From the NCBI GenBank assembly GCA_963665125.2, contig CAXXUK010000001.1:576001-640000 (forward strand): a DNA stretch of 64,000 nt. Direction: 5' to 3'. Position numbers and translations under genes: made by a program. Of the stretch, positions 1-10,108 are shown piece by piece. The DNA is from an uncultured Desulfarculus sp. (GTDB lineage Bacteria > Desulfobacterota > Desulfarculia > Desulfarculales > Desulfarculaceae). Position 1 is the first letter of the stretch; every line of letters starts with the position of its first letter. The notes below the pieces were generated by a model. That model made no database searches. It was not told the DNA's origin and saw only the letters and a list, made by a program, of their open reading frames with translations.

Positions 1-915
1 CTGAAAAACACCAGCACCGGCGACACCCTGGCCACCACCGACCGGCCGATTTTGCTGGATCCCATCCAGTCGTACGAGCCGGTGATCAGTATTGCCGTGG
101 AGCCCAAGACAGTGGGCGACCAGGAGAAGCTGGACTCCTGCCTGGCCAAGCTGGCCGACGAGGACCCGACCTTCCGCGCCCGCACCGACGACGACACCGG
201 ACAGACCGTTATCAGCGGCATGGGCGAATTGCACCTGGAGGTGCTGGTGCACCGCCTGGCCCGGGAATACAACCTCAATGTCAACGTTGGGCGGCCCCAG
301 GTCGTGCACCGCGAGACCATAGCCGTTGAAAAGACCGTTGAAGAGACCTTTGACCGCGAACTGGGCGGCACCCGCGAATTGGGCCAGGTGACAATAAGCG
401 TCAGCCCCAATCCCAGAGGCGGCGGCAACACCGTGCGCGTCAGCGCCCCGGAAGATCAGATTCCGCCGGAAATCCACGCGGCGCTGCTGGCGGCGGCCCA
501 GGAGGGCCTGGCCAGCGGTCCGGTCATGGGCTACCCTGTGGTCGACGTCGGGGTTCATATCTCTGGCGGTGTGTTTACGCAAGGTCTGAGCACGGAAAAG
601 GGAATGCGTTTGGCGTGCTCGATGGCCGTGCGCAAGGCCATGGAACAGGCCGAGCCCGCGCTGCTGGAGCCGGTGATGAAGGTGGAGGTGGTTTCGCCCG
701 AGGAGTTCATGGGCGAGGTCATCGGCGACCTGAACGCAAGGGGCGGCCAAGTCGAAGGCGTCGACGCCAAGGCCGGGGTCAATATCGTCAACGCCCAGGT
801 TCCGCTGCGGGCCATGTTCGGCTATTCCACCAGCCTGCGCTCCGCGACCCAGGGCCGGGCGGTGTTCTCCATGCAATTCAGCCACTTCGATAAGATAGAC
901 GGCAAGAAAAAATAG
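1..915 (+). CDS. fusA: Elongation factor G (3' part, domains III-V; truncated by window start), stand-alone paralog
   Basis: Motifs EDPTF, GMGELHLE, GRPQV and LLEPVMKVEV...GEVIGDLNAR, MFGYST. Followed by a terminator, not tuf. Confidence 0.93.
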   Translation: MKNTSTGDTLATTDRPILLDPIQSYEPVISIAVEPKTVGDQEKLDSCLAKLADEDPTFRARTDDDTGQTVISGMGELHLEVLVHRLAREYNLNVNVGRPQVVHRETIAVEKTVEETFDRELGGTRELGQVTISVSPNPRGGGNTVRVSAPEDQIPPEIHAALLAAAQEGLASGPVMGYPVVDVGVHISGGVFTQGLSTEKGMRLACSMAVRKAMEQAEPALLEPVMKVEVVSPEEFMGEVIGDLNARGGQVEGVDAKAGVNIVNAQVPLRAMFGYSTSLRSATQGRAVFSMQFSHFDKIDGKKK

Positions 916-938
916 CCGCCGCACGTTTCGCATCAGCT

Positions 939-971
939 CGGCCACCCTGAAATAGGGTGGCCGTTGTATTT
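939..971 (+). terminator. Intrinsic terminator after fusA
   Basis: CGGCCACCCT-gaaat-AGGGTGGCCG followed by TTGTATTT. Confidence 0.65.
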
Positions 972-1198
972 ACACTCAGTAATCATACCGCGTTGGCATA
1001 TTATGGAGCGATTTAAATCCTACGGCTTGACCGGCGATTTGTGACGGAATAACATGATAACAAGGGGGAGGAAATAATATGGGAACATTGGATTAACTGT
1101 CGGCTTACAAGATAAGAGTGGAGATTTTGCGATAAAAAATTGGACCTGCGGCGGCCATCGAAGCCGATAAAAAGCGGGAGAAAGTTATTCCTAACAAA

Positions 1199-1525
1199 AT
1201 GTTGAATATTTTGTGGCTTGGCCTGGTTTTGGCCCTTTTCATGGTCCAACCGGCGATGGCCGATGATGGTGGCGGGCAACCTCCCGAGGGTGTGACGGTT
1301 GAGACCGGCACGGATAACGCCCCGGGGCAATCCGATGGCCGCTATACCCATGGTTGCACAGTGATATGCCACTACTCCCAGGGGCCTTGCGGCTGGGCCT
1401 CGGCCAAGAGCAACCAACACAGCACCAGCGAACTATGTAATGTCGCGCGCCGATACGCCAGCAATGCGTGCTACCAGTCAAACAAGACCCCGGTCACCGG
1501 TTGCTATATCCACAATTCCTGGTAG
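1199..1525 (+). CDS. Small secreted cysteine-rich protein (signal peptide, acidic linker, 6-Cys domain)
   Basis: Hydrophobic N-terminus ending AMA, acidic Gly/Pro-rich segment, C-terminal domain with 6 Cys. No family recognised. Confidence 0.65.
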   Translation: MLNILWLGLVLALFMVQPAMADDGGGQPPEGVTVETGTDNAPGQSDGRYTHGCTVICHYSQGPCGWASAKSNQHSTSELCNVARRYASNACYQSNKTPVTGCYIHNSW

Positions 1526-1675
1526 GTTGGCGGGCGCTGATTTAATGAGCGTGTTCGTTTGGACGATGCGGCGGGAACTCCTTCATGCCGTGACGTAGGC
1601 ATAGCATGGCGGGGCGTACGCCATGTTCCCGTTGTATTTCGGGGTCATTCCCACTTTGTTTGTGGGGGAATCGGT

Positions 1676-3112
1676 TTATTCTTCGCCTGGCAGCTTGGGG
1701 CCCTTTTCCTTGTCTTTTTTCTCGTTCGTATCGTTGAGCGCATCAAGCTCTTTTTGGGCCTCGGCCTTGAGTTCCGGGTTGTCGTCCAGGCTGCGCACGG
1801 CCCTTTCGAAATGATACTGGGCGGTCTTCATATTGCCTTCGGTTTTGAAAGCCATGCCCAGTTGGTACGACGCCTCGCCGTGACGGCCCAGGCGGCCCAG
1901 GGCCATGCCCAGCATCCGCCTTGCCTCGATGTTGTCCGGGATGGTTTCAAGCACTCGCTTGAAGGCATGCACGGCAACCGAATAGTCGCCGCTCTGCATG
2001 TAGGCTTCGCCAAGGGCAAAGAGGACCGACGGATCGCCCGGCCTTTTGGTCAGGGCCTTGTCCAAAATGAACTGGGCCTCCTTGAAATTGCCCAGGCGGA
2101 CCAGGCAGAGGCCCTTTTCCTTTTGGACCCAGGCCGCGTCCGGCAGCATCTTCAGAACCTTGTCAAAAGAATTAAGGGCCTGCTTATAGTCGCGGCGGCG
2201 CATGTCCAAAAGGCCCAGGCCGTACAGCGGAATGGGGTCGTCGGGGTGTTGGCGGTACATGGCCTGCAAGTTGGCCTGGGCATGATCAACGTCCTCGTAT
2301 AAGGCGATGAGCCTCACCTTGATCCGCTGAAATTCACTGTTGTCAAACTTGGCGCCCTTGCGGGTGTCCCGGCGGGCCATCTGCTCGATGGCCTCCATGC
2401 GTTCAGGGCTCTGGGGGTGGGTGCGCATGTAGGTGGGCACGTTGACGCCCATCTGCTGTTCGAGCTTCCACATACGGCCAAAGGTGTTGGCCATTTCCGT
2501 GCCGGGATATCCGGCGTCGGTCATGATTTTGTATCCGGCCCAGTCGGCCTCCGACTCGTCCTGGCGGCTGTAGGCCAATTGCGCCTGGATATTGCCGGCC
2601 ATGGAGCCCATGGCCAGGGCCGAGCCAAGCTGGGGGGCGCCGGCCAGGGCGCCCAGAAGCAGCCCGGCGACAACACCGGCCATGGACAGGGCCTGGGCCG
2701 GAGCGGCCTTTTCCATGCGTTTGGCTATATGTCGCCGCCAGACGTGCCCCATTTCGTGAGCCATGATGCCGGCCAACTCGGCCTCGTTTTCCAGGGAGGT
2801 GATCATGCCCCGGTAAAAGAAGATATAGCCGCCGGGAATGGCAAAGGCGTTTATTTCGTCGGAGTCGGCCACGTAAAAGTGGTAGTCAAAGCGCTTTTCC
2901 GGCAGGAATTCGACAAGGTTTTTGCCCAGGTTGTTGATATAGCGCATGACCTCTGGATCGGTGACCATGGGAATGGAGTGCATGATCTCGTTGTAGGTCT
3001 CGCGGCCCAGCTTGCGCTCTTCCTCTGTGGTCATCATGGCCCCGGCTGGCGCGGGAATGGTTCCAATGATTACCGCCACGGTCAGAATGTAGCTCAGCGC
3101 TCGCCGGATCAT
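1676..3112 (-). CDS. M48 family Zn metalloprotease with TPR repeats (BepA/YfgC-like)
   Basis: Signal peptide, NAFAIPGG, HEMGH zinc motif, YSRQDESEAD, THP, C-terminal TPR-like repeats. Confidence 0.9.
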   Translation of the reverse strand: MIRRALSYILTVAVIIGTIPAPAGAMMTTEEERKLGRETYNEIMHSIPMVTDPEVMRYINNLGKNLVEFLPEKRFDYHFYVADSDEINAFAIPGGYIFFYRGMITSLENEAELAGIMAHEMGHVWRRHIAKRMEKAAPAQALSMAGVVAGLLLGALAGAPQLGSALAMGSMAGNIQAQLAYSRQDESEADWAGYKIMTDAGYPGTEMANTFGRMWKLEQQMGVNVPTYMRTHPQSPERMEAIEQMARRDTRKGAKFDNSEFQRIKVRLIALYEDVDHAQANLQAMYRQHPDDPIPLYGLGLLDMRRRDYKQALNSFDKVLKMLPDAAWVQKEKGLCLVRLGNFKEAQFILDKALTKRPGDPSVLFALGEAYMQSGDYSVAVHAFKRVLETIPDNIEARRMLGMALGRLGRHGEASYQLGMAFKTEGNMKTAQYHFERAVRSLDDNPELKAEAQKELDALNDTNEKKDKEKGPKLPGEE

Positions 3113-3126
3113 GATACTCCTTTGTT

Positions 3127-4671
3127 TTATTTATATAAACAGCAGCCGGTCATCTGCTCCGGCTGTTCAAGGCCCAGCAATCCCAGCAGGGTGGGGGATA
3201 CGTCGCACAAGGCCCCCGGTTTGAGAGTGGCGTGGGGATTGTCCGGGTCTATCAATATCAGCGGCACCGGGTTACTTACCGTGTGGGCGGTATAGGGGCC
3301 GCCGGTGGCCGGATCTATCATCTGTTCGGCGTTGCCGTGGTCAGCGGTCAGAACAACCTTGCCGCCGGCCTTGAGCACCGCCGGGATGACCTGGCTCAGG
3401 CTCTTGTCCAGGGTCACCACGGCTTGGCGGGCGGCCTCGTACACGCCGGTGTGGCCCACCATGTCGCCGTTGGCGTAGTTTATGATGATGAGGTCGTATT
3501 TGCCCGAATCAATGCGTTTGAGGACCTCCTCGGTGACCTCGGGCGCGCTCATCTGGGGCTTTTGGTCGTAGGTCTCCACCTCGCTGGGCGAGGGGATCAG
3601 CACCCGGTCTTCGCCCTGGACCGGCTCTTCCCGGCCACCGTTGAAAAAGAACGTCACATGGGCGTATTTTTCGGTCTCGGCGATATGGAGCTGTTTGCCG
3701 CCGGCGTTGCTGATCACGTCGGCCAGGGTCATATCGATGGTCTGGGGCGGGAAGGCCACGGGCATGTTGAGGTGTTCGTCATACTGGGTCATGCAGACGT
3801 AGCTGGAAAGCTCGGGCTTGTCCGAGACGTCAAATCCGTCAAAGCCCGGCTGGTTGAAGGCCCAGGTGAACTCCCTGGCCCGGTCGGCTCGGAAGTTGAA
3901 GAAGATCACGGCATCGCCGTCAAGGATTTTGCCCACCGGCCGGCCTTCCATGTCTTCTATCACAATGGGCTCGATGAACTCGTCGTACTGCTGCCTGGAG
4001 TAGGCCTCCTCCACGGCGGCCACCGGATCGGCCTGCATGTCGCCCTGGCCCCGGACTATGGCGTTCCAGCCCTTTTCCACGCGTTCCCAGCGCTTGTCGC
4101 GGTCCATGGCCCAGAATCGGCCGCTGACGCTGGCGATGTCAGCCTGGGGATAGGCGTTGATAAACTCCTCCAACTGGCGCAGGTAGCCCACGCCCGAATC
4201 GGGCGGAGTATCCCGGCCGTCGAGAATGGCGTGCACGTGGATGCGCTTGACGCCGTTTTGGGCCGCCAAGTCAATCAGCGACTCCAGATGCGTTTGGAGC
4301 GAGTGAACGCCGCCGTCGCTGACCAGGCCGATGAGGTGCAGGGCCTTGCCGTGGGTCTCCACGGCCTTGATTGCGCCCATTATGGCCTCGTTTTTGGGCA
4401 GTTCGCCGTCGCGGATGGCCTTGGAGATGCGGGTGATGTCTTGATAAATGACCCGGCCCGAGCCCAGGTTGAGGTGCCCCACCTCGGAGTTACCCATCTG
4501 GCCCTCAGGCAGGCCAACGGCCTCGCCGTAGCAGAGAATTTCGGTATGGGGCCATTTGGCGAAAAGCGAATCAATATAGGGCGTGTCGGCTCCGATCACG
4601 GCATTGCCGTTTTCATCGGGAGCAATGCCGAAACCATCGAGAATTATCAGTACAACGGGCTTGTTGCTCAT
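3127..4671 (-). CDS. gpmI: 2,3-bisphosphoglycerate-independent phosphoglycerate mutase
   Basis: LDGFG, MGNSEVGH, AETEKYAHVTFF, DMVGHTG, TADHGNAE motifs. Confidence 0.97.
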   Translation of the reverse strand: MSNKPVVLIILDGFGIAPDENGNAVIGADTPYIDSLFAKWPHTEILCYGEAVGLPEGQMGNSEVGHLNLGSGRVIYQDITRISKAIRDGELPKNEAIMGAIKAVETHGKALHLIGLVSDGGVHSLQTHLESLIDLAAQNGVKRIHVHAILDGRDTPPDSGVGYLRQLEEFINAYPQADIASVSGRFWAMDRDKRWERVEKGWNAIVRGQGDMQADPVAAVEEAYSRQQYDEFIEPIVIEDMEGRPVGKILDGDAVIFFNFRADRAREFTWAFNQPGFDGFDVSDKPELSSYVCMTQYDEHLNMPVAFPPQTIDMTLADVISNAGGKQLHIAETEKYAHVTFFFNGGREEPVQGEDRVLIPSPSEVETYDQKPQMSAPEVTEEVLKRIDSGKYDLIIINYANGDMVGHTGVYEAARQAVVTLDKSLSQVIPAVLKAGGKVVLTADHGNAEQMIDPATGGPYTAHTVSNPVPLILIDPDNPHATLKPGALCDVSPTLLGLLGLEQPEQMTGCCLYK

Positions 4672-4675
4672 AAAG

Positions 4676-5125
4676 TCAGTCCCAGACGATGCCCGCGGAG
4701 TGTTGGTCGGCCTCCGGCGGTAAAATGGAATTCAGTTCCTTGAAGTCCAGTTCCATGCGCGGTGCGTCGCCCCAGAGTGACTCCAGGTCATAAAATTCGC
4801 GCACCGGCTGGTGAAAGACGTGGACAACCACGTCGCCGAAGTCCAACAGCGCCCAGCGGCCCTCCCGGACGCCTTCTTCGCCGATGGCCTGCCTGCCCGA
4901 TTTCTTGAGCACCCTGGAGATGTTTTCGGCGATGGCCCGAGCCTGGCGTGTGGACCGCCCACTGGCCAGCAAAAAGTAGTCGGCATACCCGGTCAGGGGA
5001 CCCACTTCCAGAACGATAATGTCCTCGGCCTTTTTTTGGGCCGCGGCCGCGGCGCAGAGCTTTGCCAAGTCTTCAGGTGTGGTGGGTCTGGGCGGCCGTA
5101 TGCGGGGCTTTGTACGCTCACTCAT
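4676..5125 (-). CDS. rsfS: Ribosome silencing factor
   Basis: KKAEDI, WALLDFGDVVVHVF, REFYDLESLW. Next to nadD as is typical. Confidence 0.95.
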   Translation of the reverse strand: MSERTKPRIRPPRPTTPEDLAKLCAAAAAQKKAEDIIVLEVGPLTGYADYFLLASGRSTRQARAIAENISRVLKKSGRQAIGEEGVREGRWALLDFGDVVVHVFHQPVREFYDLESLWGDAPRMELDFKELNSILPPEADQHSAGIVWD

Positions 5126-5135
5126 TTGTTCGGTC

Positions 5136-5780
5136 TTAATCCAGATAAAGTTTCATGTCTTTAATATATTCCTCGACCTTCTGGGGCACAAGGAATGATA
5201 TGCTGCGGCCTTTGGCCACTTTGCGCTTGGTATAGGTGCTGGAGACGTCCAAAAGCGTTGTCAGAACCTGACGCACGCCGCCGCCCGAAGGCAGGCGGAT
5301 CCAGCCGTCCTCGGCCGGGGCGAAAGAAGGGTCAATCTTTTCGCGAAGATAATCGCCCATATCCAAACGTGGCGCCCGGGGCCGATCCATGACCACGAAG
5401 TCGGCATGGTCAAACAGGGCCCGTGTTTCATACCAGGTGTGCAGATAGAAAAAGGCGTCCGCGCCGATGATGAAATATATGCTCACCCCGGGGTTTTCAG
5501 CCTTGAGATACTTCAGTGTGTCGATGGTGCGGCTGATGCCGCCGCGCCGGGCCTCAAGGTCGTCGACGATCAACTGGGGATGGCTTTCCACGGCCAGGCG
5601 GCACATGGCCAGGCGGTGTTCCAGGCTGGCCTTGACGTCCTTGCGGTGGGGCGGGGTGGAGCAGGGCATGAACCTCACATTGGGCAGGTCCAGGGCCTCG
5701 GCCACTTCGATGGCCCCCCGCAGATGGGCTATATGGATAGGGTCGAAGGTCCCCCCGAATATGGCGATCTTCCCGTCCAC
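5136..5780 (-). CDS. nadD: Nicotinate-nucleotide adenylyltransferase
   Basis: FGGTFDPIHIAH, FIIGAD, VSST motifs. Confidence 0.95.
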   Translation of the reverse strand: MDGKIAIFGGTFDPIHIAHLRGAIEVAEALDLPNVRFMPCSTPPHRKDVKASLEHRLAMCRLAVESHPQLIVDDLEARRGGISRTIDTLKYLKAENPGVSIYFIIGADAFFYLHTWYETRALFDHADFVVMDRPRAPRLDMGDYLREKIDPSFAPAEDGWIRLPSGGGVRQVLTTLLDVSSTYTKRKVAKGRSISFLVPQKVEEYIKDMKLYLD

Positions 5781-7036
5781 TAGGAGCGCACCTGACCCTG
5801 GCCAAAGGCGATGAATTTGGTGGTGGTCAGCTCGGCCAGGCCCATGGGCCCGAAGGCGTGCAGCTTGCTGGTGTTGATGCCGATCTCCGCGCCAAGGCCA
5901 AGCTGGCCGCCGTCGTTGAAGCGCGTGGAGGCGTTGACTATGACCAGGGAGCTGTCCACGCTGTCGATGAAGCGGCGGGCCCGCTGGTAGTCGCTGGTGA
6001 TGATGGCCTCGGTGTGCTGGGAGCCGTACTTGGCGATATGGTCCATGGCCGCGTCCATGTCGGGCACCACCTTCACCGCCAGGATCAGGTCCAGGAATTC
6101 GGCGGGCCAGTCTTCTTCAACGGCGGGCACGGCCTCGGGCACGATTGCCAGCGTTTGAGGGCAACCTCTCAGCTCAACGCCCTGGGCCTTCATGGCCGCG
6201 GCGCATTTGGGCAGAAATTCGCCGGCGATTGCCTCGTGCACCAGCATGGTCTCCAGGGCGTTGCACACGCCGGGCCGGTGGCACTTGGAATTGATGCAGA
6301 TATCCACGGCCATGTCCATGTCGGCGCTTTGGTCCACAAAGGCGTGACACACTCCCTTGTAGTGCTTGAGCACAGGGATGCGCGACTCGTTGGCCACGAA
6401 GCGGATCAGGCTTTCGCCGCCCCTGGGGATGATCACGTCCACCAGTTCGTCCTGCTTCAAGAGGGCCAGGGTGGCCGCCCGGTCGGTGGTGGCGATGACC
6501 TGCACCGCGTCGACGGGCAGGCTGTTGGCCGTAAGGGCCTCGGCGATGATCTTGTTCAGGGCCAGGTTGGAGTTGATGGCCTCCTTGCCGCCTTTGAGGA
6601 CCACTGCGTTGCCGCTTTTCAGGCAAAGGGCCGCCGAGTCGATGGTCACGTTGGGCCGGGACTCGTAGATGAAGCCGATGACGCCCAGGGGAATGCGCTG
6701 GCGGCCCACCTGCAAGCCATTGGGCCGGCGCCACATGGCCACGACTTCGCCTACGGGGTCAGGCAGGGCGGCCACTTCGCGCAGGCCTTGGGCCATGGAG
6801 GCGATGACCGCGTCGGAAAGGGTAAGGCGGTCGATCATTGCCGAGGTGAGTCCGGCCTGTCGGCCCGCGTCCACATCCTTGGCGTTTTCGGCCTGGATCT
6901 GGGCCTTGTTGTTTTCCAGGGCCACAGCCATGTCCAACAGGGCCTGGTTTTTTTTGTCCGTGGGGGCCACGGCTATTTTTCGGGCCGCTTGACGGGCCTT
7001 TTGGCAAAGTCCGACAACTAGTTGTTCAACAGACAT
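5780..7036 (-). CDS. proA: Gamma-glutamyl phosphate reductase
   Basis: [36 protein letters not shown] motifs. Confidence 0.97.
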   Translation of the reverse strand: MSVEQLVVGLCQKARQAARKIAVAPTDKKNQALLDMAVALENNKAQIQAENAKDVDAGRQAGLTSAMIDRLTLSDAVIASMAQGLREVAALPDPVGEVVAMWRRPNGLQVGRQRIPLGVIGFIYESRPNVTIDSAALCLKSGNAVVLKGGKEAINSNLALNKIIAEALTANSLPVDAVQVIATTDRAATLALLKQDELVDVIIPRGGESLIRFVANESRIPVLKHYKGVCHAFVDQSADMDMAVDICINSKCHRPGVCNALETMLVHEAIAGEFLPKCAAAMKAQGVELRGCPQTLAIVPEAVPAVEEDWPAEFLDLILAVKVVPDMDAAMDHIAKYGSQHTEAIITSDYQRARRFIDSVDSSLVIVNASTRFNDGGQLGLGAEIGINTSKLHAFGPMGLAELTTTKFIAFGQGQVRS

Positions 7037-8187
7037 TCCAAACTCTCCCCTTCATCAGGTCCGAACACCACCAGGTTGTCGCGGTGGATGACTTCCCCAA
7101 AAAATTTTTGGCCCAACAGGTCTTCGATTTCATTGCTGTGCAGGCCCATAATTTGCTCCAGGTCGCCGCTTGAGTAATTGCTCAAGCCAACAGCCAGGGT
7201 GTGGCCGTCGGGGGCGACGACCTTTACCGCGCCGCCCGGTCCGAATTTGCCGCGCACGCCCATGACTCCGGCGGCCAGGAGACTCTTGCCGCCCCGAGTG
7301 ATGGGTCCTACGGCTCCCTGGTCCACCACTACTTCACCTGTCTGGTTTTGACAAGCGGCAAAGGCGATCCAGTGTTTGCGGCTGGACAGCCTGGTGGTGC
7401 GGGGCAGGAACAGGGTGCCCATATCCTGTCCGGCGAAGATGCCGTCGAGGATGTCGTCCACCAGGCCGTTGGCCACGATGGTGTGGGCTCCACAGCGGGA
7501 AACCTTGTCGGCGGCCTTGACCTTGCTGAAGATGCCGCCGCGGCCCACCGCGCCGGGCTGGGCCGAGGCCGAGTTGAGCAGGGCGCTGTCGACCTTTTCC
7601 ACCACGGCGATGCGTTTGGCCGCGGGATTGGCCCTGGGGTCGGCGTCGAGAATGCCGTCCACGTTGGTCAGGTTGATCAACAACTGGGCGTCCAGCAGGT
7701 TGGTCAGCATGGCCGCCAGGTTGTCATTGTCGCCCAGTTTAATTTCATCAACGGCCACGGTGTCGTTTTCGTTAACCACCGGCAGCACGCCCCACTCGAA
7801 AAGGGTGTTGATGGTGTTGCGCACGTTGAGATAGCGGTGCCGCGAACGCAGATCCCCGGCTGTGAGCAGGATCTGGGCAACCTTGACGCCCCGCGCCTCC
7901 AATACGGTTTCATATTCCTGGATCAGGCGGGACTGGCCCAGGGCCGCGGCGGCCTGCTTTTCGGGTATGGTGTTGAGCTCGCGTTTGCCGATATGGGCCC
8001 TACCGCTGGCAATGGCCCCGGAGGAAACCAACAGAACCTGTCTGCCGGTCTGGAGCAGACGGGCGAGTTGGTCGCCCAGCAGGCGCACCCGTTCCAGGTC
8101 CAGGCCGTTGCCTCCGGCTGTGAGCACGCCCGAGCCAACTTTGACGATGACCCGGCGAACCGAAGAAATGATTTGGTTTCTATTCAT
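7018..8187 (-). CDS. proB: Glutamate 5-kinase with PUA domain
   Basis: VKVGSG, VSSGA, NENDTV, GDND. Start placed at ATG 8187 behind a GAGGTGG RBS. Confidence 0.96.
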   Translation of the reverse strand: MNRNQIISSVRRVIVKVGSGVLTAGGNGLDLERVRLLGDQLARLLQTGRQVLLVSSGAIASGRAHIGKRELNTIPEKQAAAALGQSRLIQEYETVLEARGVKVAQILLTAGDLRSRHRYLNVRNTINTLFEWGVLPVVNENDTVAVDEIKLGDNDNLAAMLTNLLDAQLLINLTNVDGILDADPRANPAAKRIAVVEKVDSALLNSASAQPGAVGRGGIFSKVKAADKVSRCGAHTIVANGLVDDILDGIFAGQDMGTLFLPRTTRLSSRKHWIAFAACQNQTGEVVVDQGAVGPITRGGKSLLAAGVMGVRGKFGPGGAVKVVAPDGHTLAVGLSNYSSGDLEQIMGLHSNEIEDLLGQKFFGEVIHRDNLVVFGPDEGESLECLLNN

Positions 8188-9196
8188 CAGCCACCTCGGG
8201 GCTGTTGGAGGCAAAGACGATTTCGTTGATCCGCAGCAATAGTTCCTTGAGCCCCTGGGCCGTCACCGTGGAGCAGGGATATATTTCCAGTCCCTCGGCT
8301 TGGGCAAACTCCCGGAACAGTTCAAGGTTGTCTTCCGCGCCGGGCAGGTCCATCTTGTTGGCGGCTATGACACCGGCCCGGTCGGCCAGGGTCTGGTCAT
8401 AGGCGGCGAGCTCGGTGCGGATCGTTTCAAAATCATTGTAGGGATCGGCGCCGGACATGTCGACGACATAAACAAAGACCCTGGTGCGCTCCACATGCTT
8501 TAAGAACCGCAGCCCAAGGCCCGAGCCCTCGTGGGCGCCTTCCACCAGGCCGGGGATGTCGGCGATGGTGAAGGGTTCGCCTCCGGGCACCTGGGCCACG
8601 CCCAGGCTGGGCGTCAGCGTAGTGAAGGGATAGTCGGCCACCTTGGGCCGGGCCGCGCTGAAAGCCCGCACCAGGCTGGATTTGCCCGCGTTGGGCTGGC
8701 CGATGAGCCCCACCTGGGCCAGGAGTTTGAGCTCCAGGCGCAGACGGCGCTGTTCGCCTTCACCGCCGGGGTTGGCCTCTCTGGGCGCACGGTTGGTGGA
8801 GCTGACAAAATGCATGTTGCCCCAGCCGCCATAGCCGCCCTGGGCCACCACGACTTCCTGGCCGTCCTCGATGATGTCGGCGATGAGTTCATCCGTCTCG
8901 TCGTCGAAGATCAGGGTGCCCACGGGCACCTTGAGGTAGCGGTCCTCGCCGCCGCGGCCGTTTTTCTGGGAGCCCTGGCCGTGGGTGCCGCGTTTGGCCT
9001 TGAAGTGGCGCAGATAACTGTGGTCGGCCAAAGTGGCCACGCGGGTGGTGCCGGTGACGATGACATTGCCGCCCCGTCCACCGTCGCCGCCGTCGGGCCC
9101 GCCCTTGGGGCGGTATTTTTCCCGGCAGAAGCTGACGCAGCCGTCGCCGCCGTTGCCGGCGTACACTTCGATTATGGCTTCATCGATAAACCGCAT
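8180..9196 (-). CDS. obgE: GTPase ObgE/CgtA
   Basis: [31 protein letters not shown]. Confidence 0.97.
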   Translation of the reverse strand: MRFIDEAIIEVYAGNGGDGCVSFCREKYRPKGGPDGGDGGRGGNVIVTGTTRVATLADHSYLRHFKAKRGTHGQGSQKNGRGGEDRYLKVPVGTLIFDDETDELIADIIEDGQEVVVAQGGYGGWGNMHFVSSTNRAPREANPGGEGEQRRLRLELKLLAQVGLIGQPNAGKSSLVRAFSAARPKVADYPFTTLTPSLGVAQVPGGEPFTIADIPGLVEGAHEGSGLGLRFLKHVERTRVFVYVVDMSGADPYNDFETIRTELAAYDQTLADRAGVIAANKMDLPGAEDNLELFREFAQAEGLEIYPCSTVTAQGLKELLLRINEIVFASNSPEVADE

Positions 9197-9300
9197 GACC
9201 TGACGCTCGAATTAGACGTCCATAAAAAACTAAAGCGGCCAGGCAAAACGTCCGTAATCGGGACGCAACCTGAGCCGCTTTTAGGGGAACGGCCGCCGTA

Positions 9301-9555
9301 CTAGGCCGGGTAGACGCTGACTTTTTTCTTGTCTTTGCCCAGGCGCTCGAAACGGACGGTGCCGTCGATTGTGGCGAAGATGGTGTAGTCACGGCCCATT
9401 CCGACGTTTTCGCCGGGGTGAACCCGCGTGCCCAACTGGCGAATGATGATGTTGCCGGCCCGCACGTTGGTGCCGTCACCGATCTTCACGCCTCGCCGTT
9501 GACCTTTGGAGTCGCGGCCGTTGCGGGACGAACCGCCTGCTTTTTTATGTGCCAT
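9301..9555 (-). CDS. rpmA: 50S ribosomal protein L27
   Basis: [17 protein letters not shown]-terminus. Confidence 0.98.
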   Translation of the reverse strand: MAHKKAGGSSRNGRDSKGQRRGVKIGDGTNVRAGNIIIRQLGTRVHPGENVGMGRDYTIFATIDGTVRFERLGKDKKKVSVYPA

Positions 9556-9577
9556 TTGCTAGTTCTCCCCGCCTTGG

Positions 9578-9889
9578 CTAGGCCTTGATGGCCTCGACGC
9601 GCACAGCAGTAAAGTGCTGGCGATGACCCCGCTTGACGCGGTAGCCCTTGCGGCGTTTCTTTTTGAAAACAACGATCTTGCGGCTCTTGCCCTGCTCGAT
9701 GATGGTGGCCTCGACGGCGGCGCCGTCAATGTACGGCTGACCCACTTTGGGCTCGCCTTCGCCACTGACCAGAAGGACCGGTTCGATGCTGATCTTATCG
9801 CCCACTTCACCGGTCATTTTTTCCAGGCGCAGGACCTGGCCGGGTTCCAGTTTGTATTGTTTGCCACCGTTGGCGACTACTGCGTACAT
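9578..9889 (-). CDS. rplU: 50S ribosomal protein L21
   Basis: MYAVVANGGKQY...KKRRKGY...GHRQ. Start at ATG 9889 after a GGAGG RBS; the ORF-track extension is spurious. Confidence 0.97.
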   Translation of the reverse strand: MYAVVANGGKQYKLEPGQVLRLEKMTGEVGDKISIEPVLLVSGEGEPKVGQPYIDGAAVEATIIEQGKSRKIVVFKKKRRKGYRVKRGHRQHFTAVRVEAIKA

Positions 9890-9922
9890 GTTAGTTTGTC
9901 CTCCAAAACGCACAGAAAGGCA

Positions 9923-9951
9923 AGTATAGGAGGTGATTGCCCTTCTGTCAA
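9923..9951 (-). promoter_or_regulatory. Sigma70 promoter of the rplU-rpmA-obgE operon
   Basis: Minus strand TTGACA-N17-TATACT. Confidence 0.8.
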
Positions 9952-10058
9952 CACCGCACGCGGCCCAAACCACCCCTTTGCGGGTTGGGCCGCCCACTTT
10001 CGGCTGGGGACCTTTAATACACCACGGAGCCTGGTTTTTCAAGCGTCTAGAGGCAAAT

Positions 10059-10086
10059 AAAAAGGCCCCGGTTCTCACCGAGGCCC
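10059..10086 (-). terminator. Intrinsic terminator after hflC
   Basis: Minus strand GGCCTCGGT-gaga-ACCGGGGCC followed by TTTTT. Confidence 0.75.
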
Positions 10087-10108
10087 GTAATGCCGATTTG
10101 GCCCGAAT

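Noticed and set aside
1067..1096. Strong RBS plus ATG 1079 (MGTLD*), in frame with the 1199 ORF
   Set aside because: Two in-frame TAA stops intervene, so neither readthrough nor a simple pseudogene is supportable. A 5-aa uORF cannot be substantiated.
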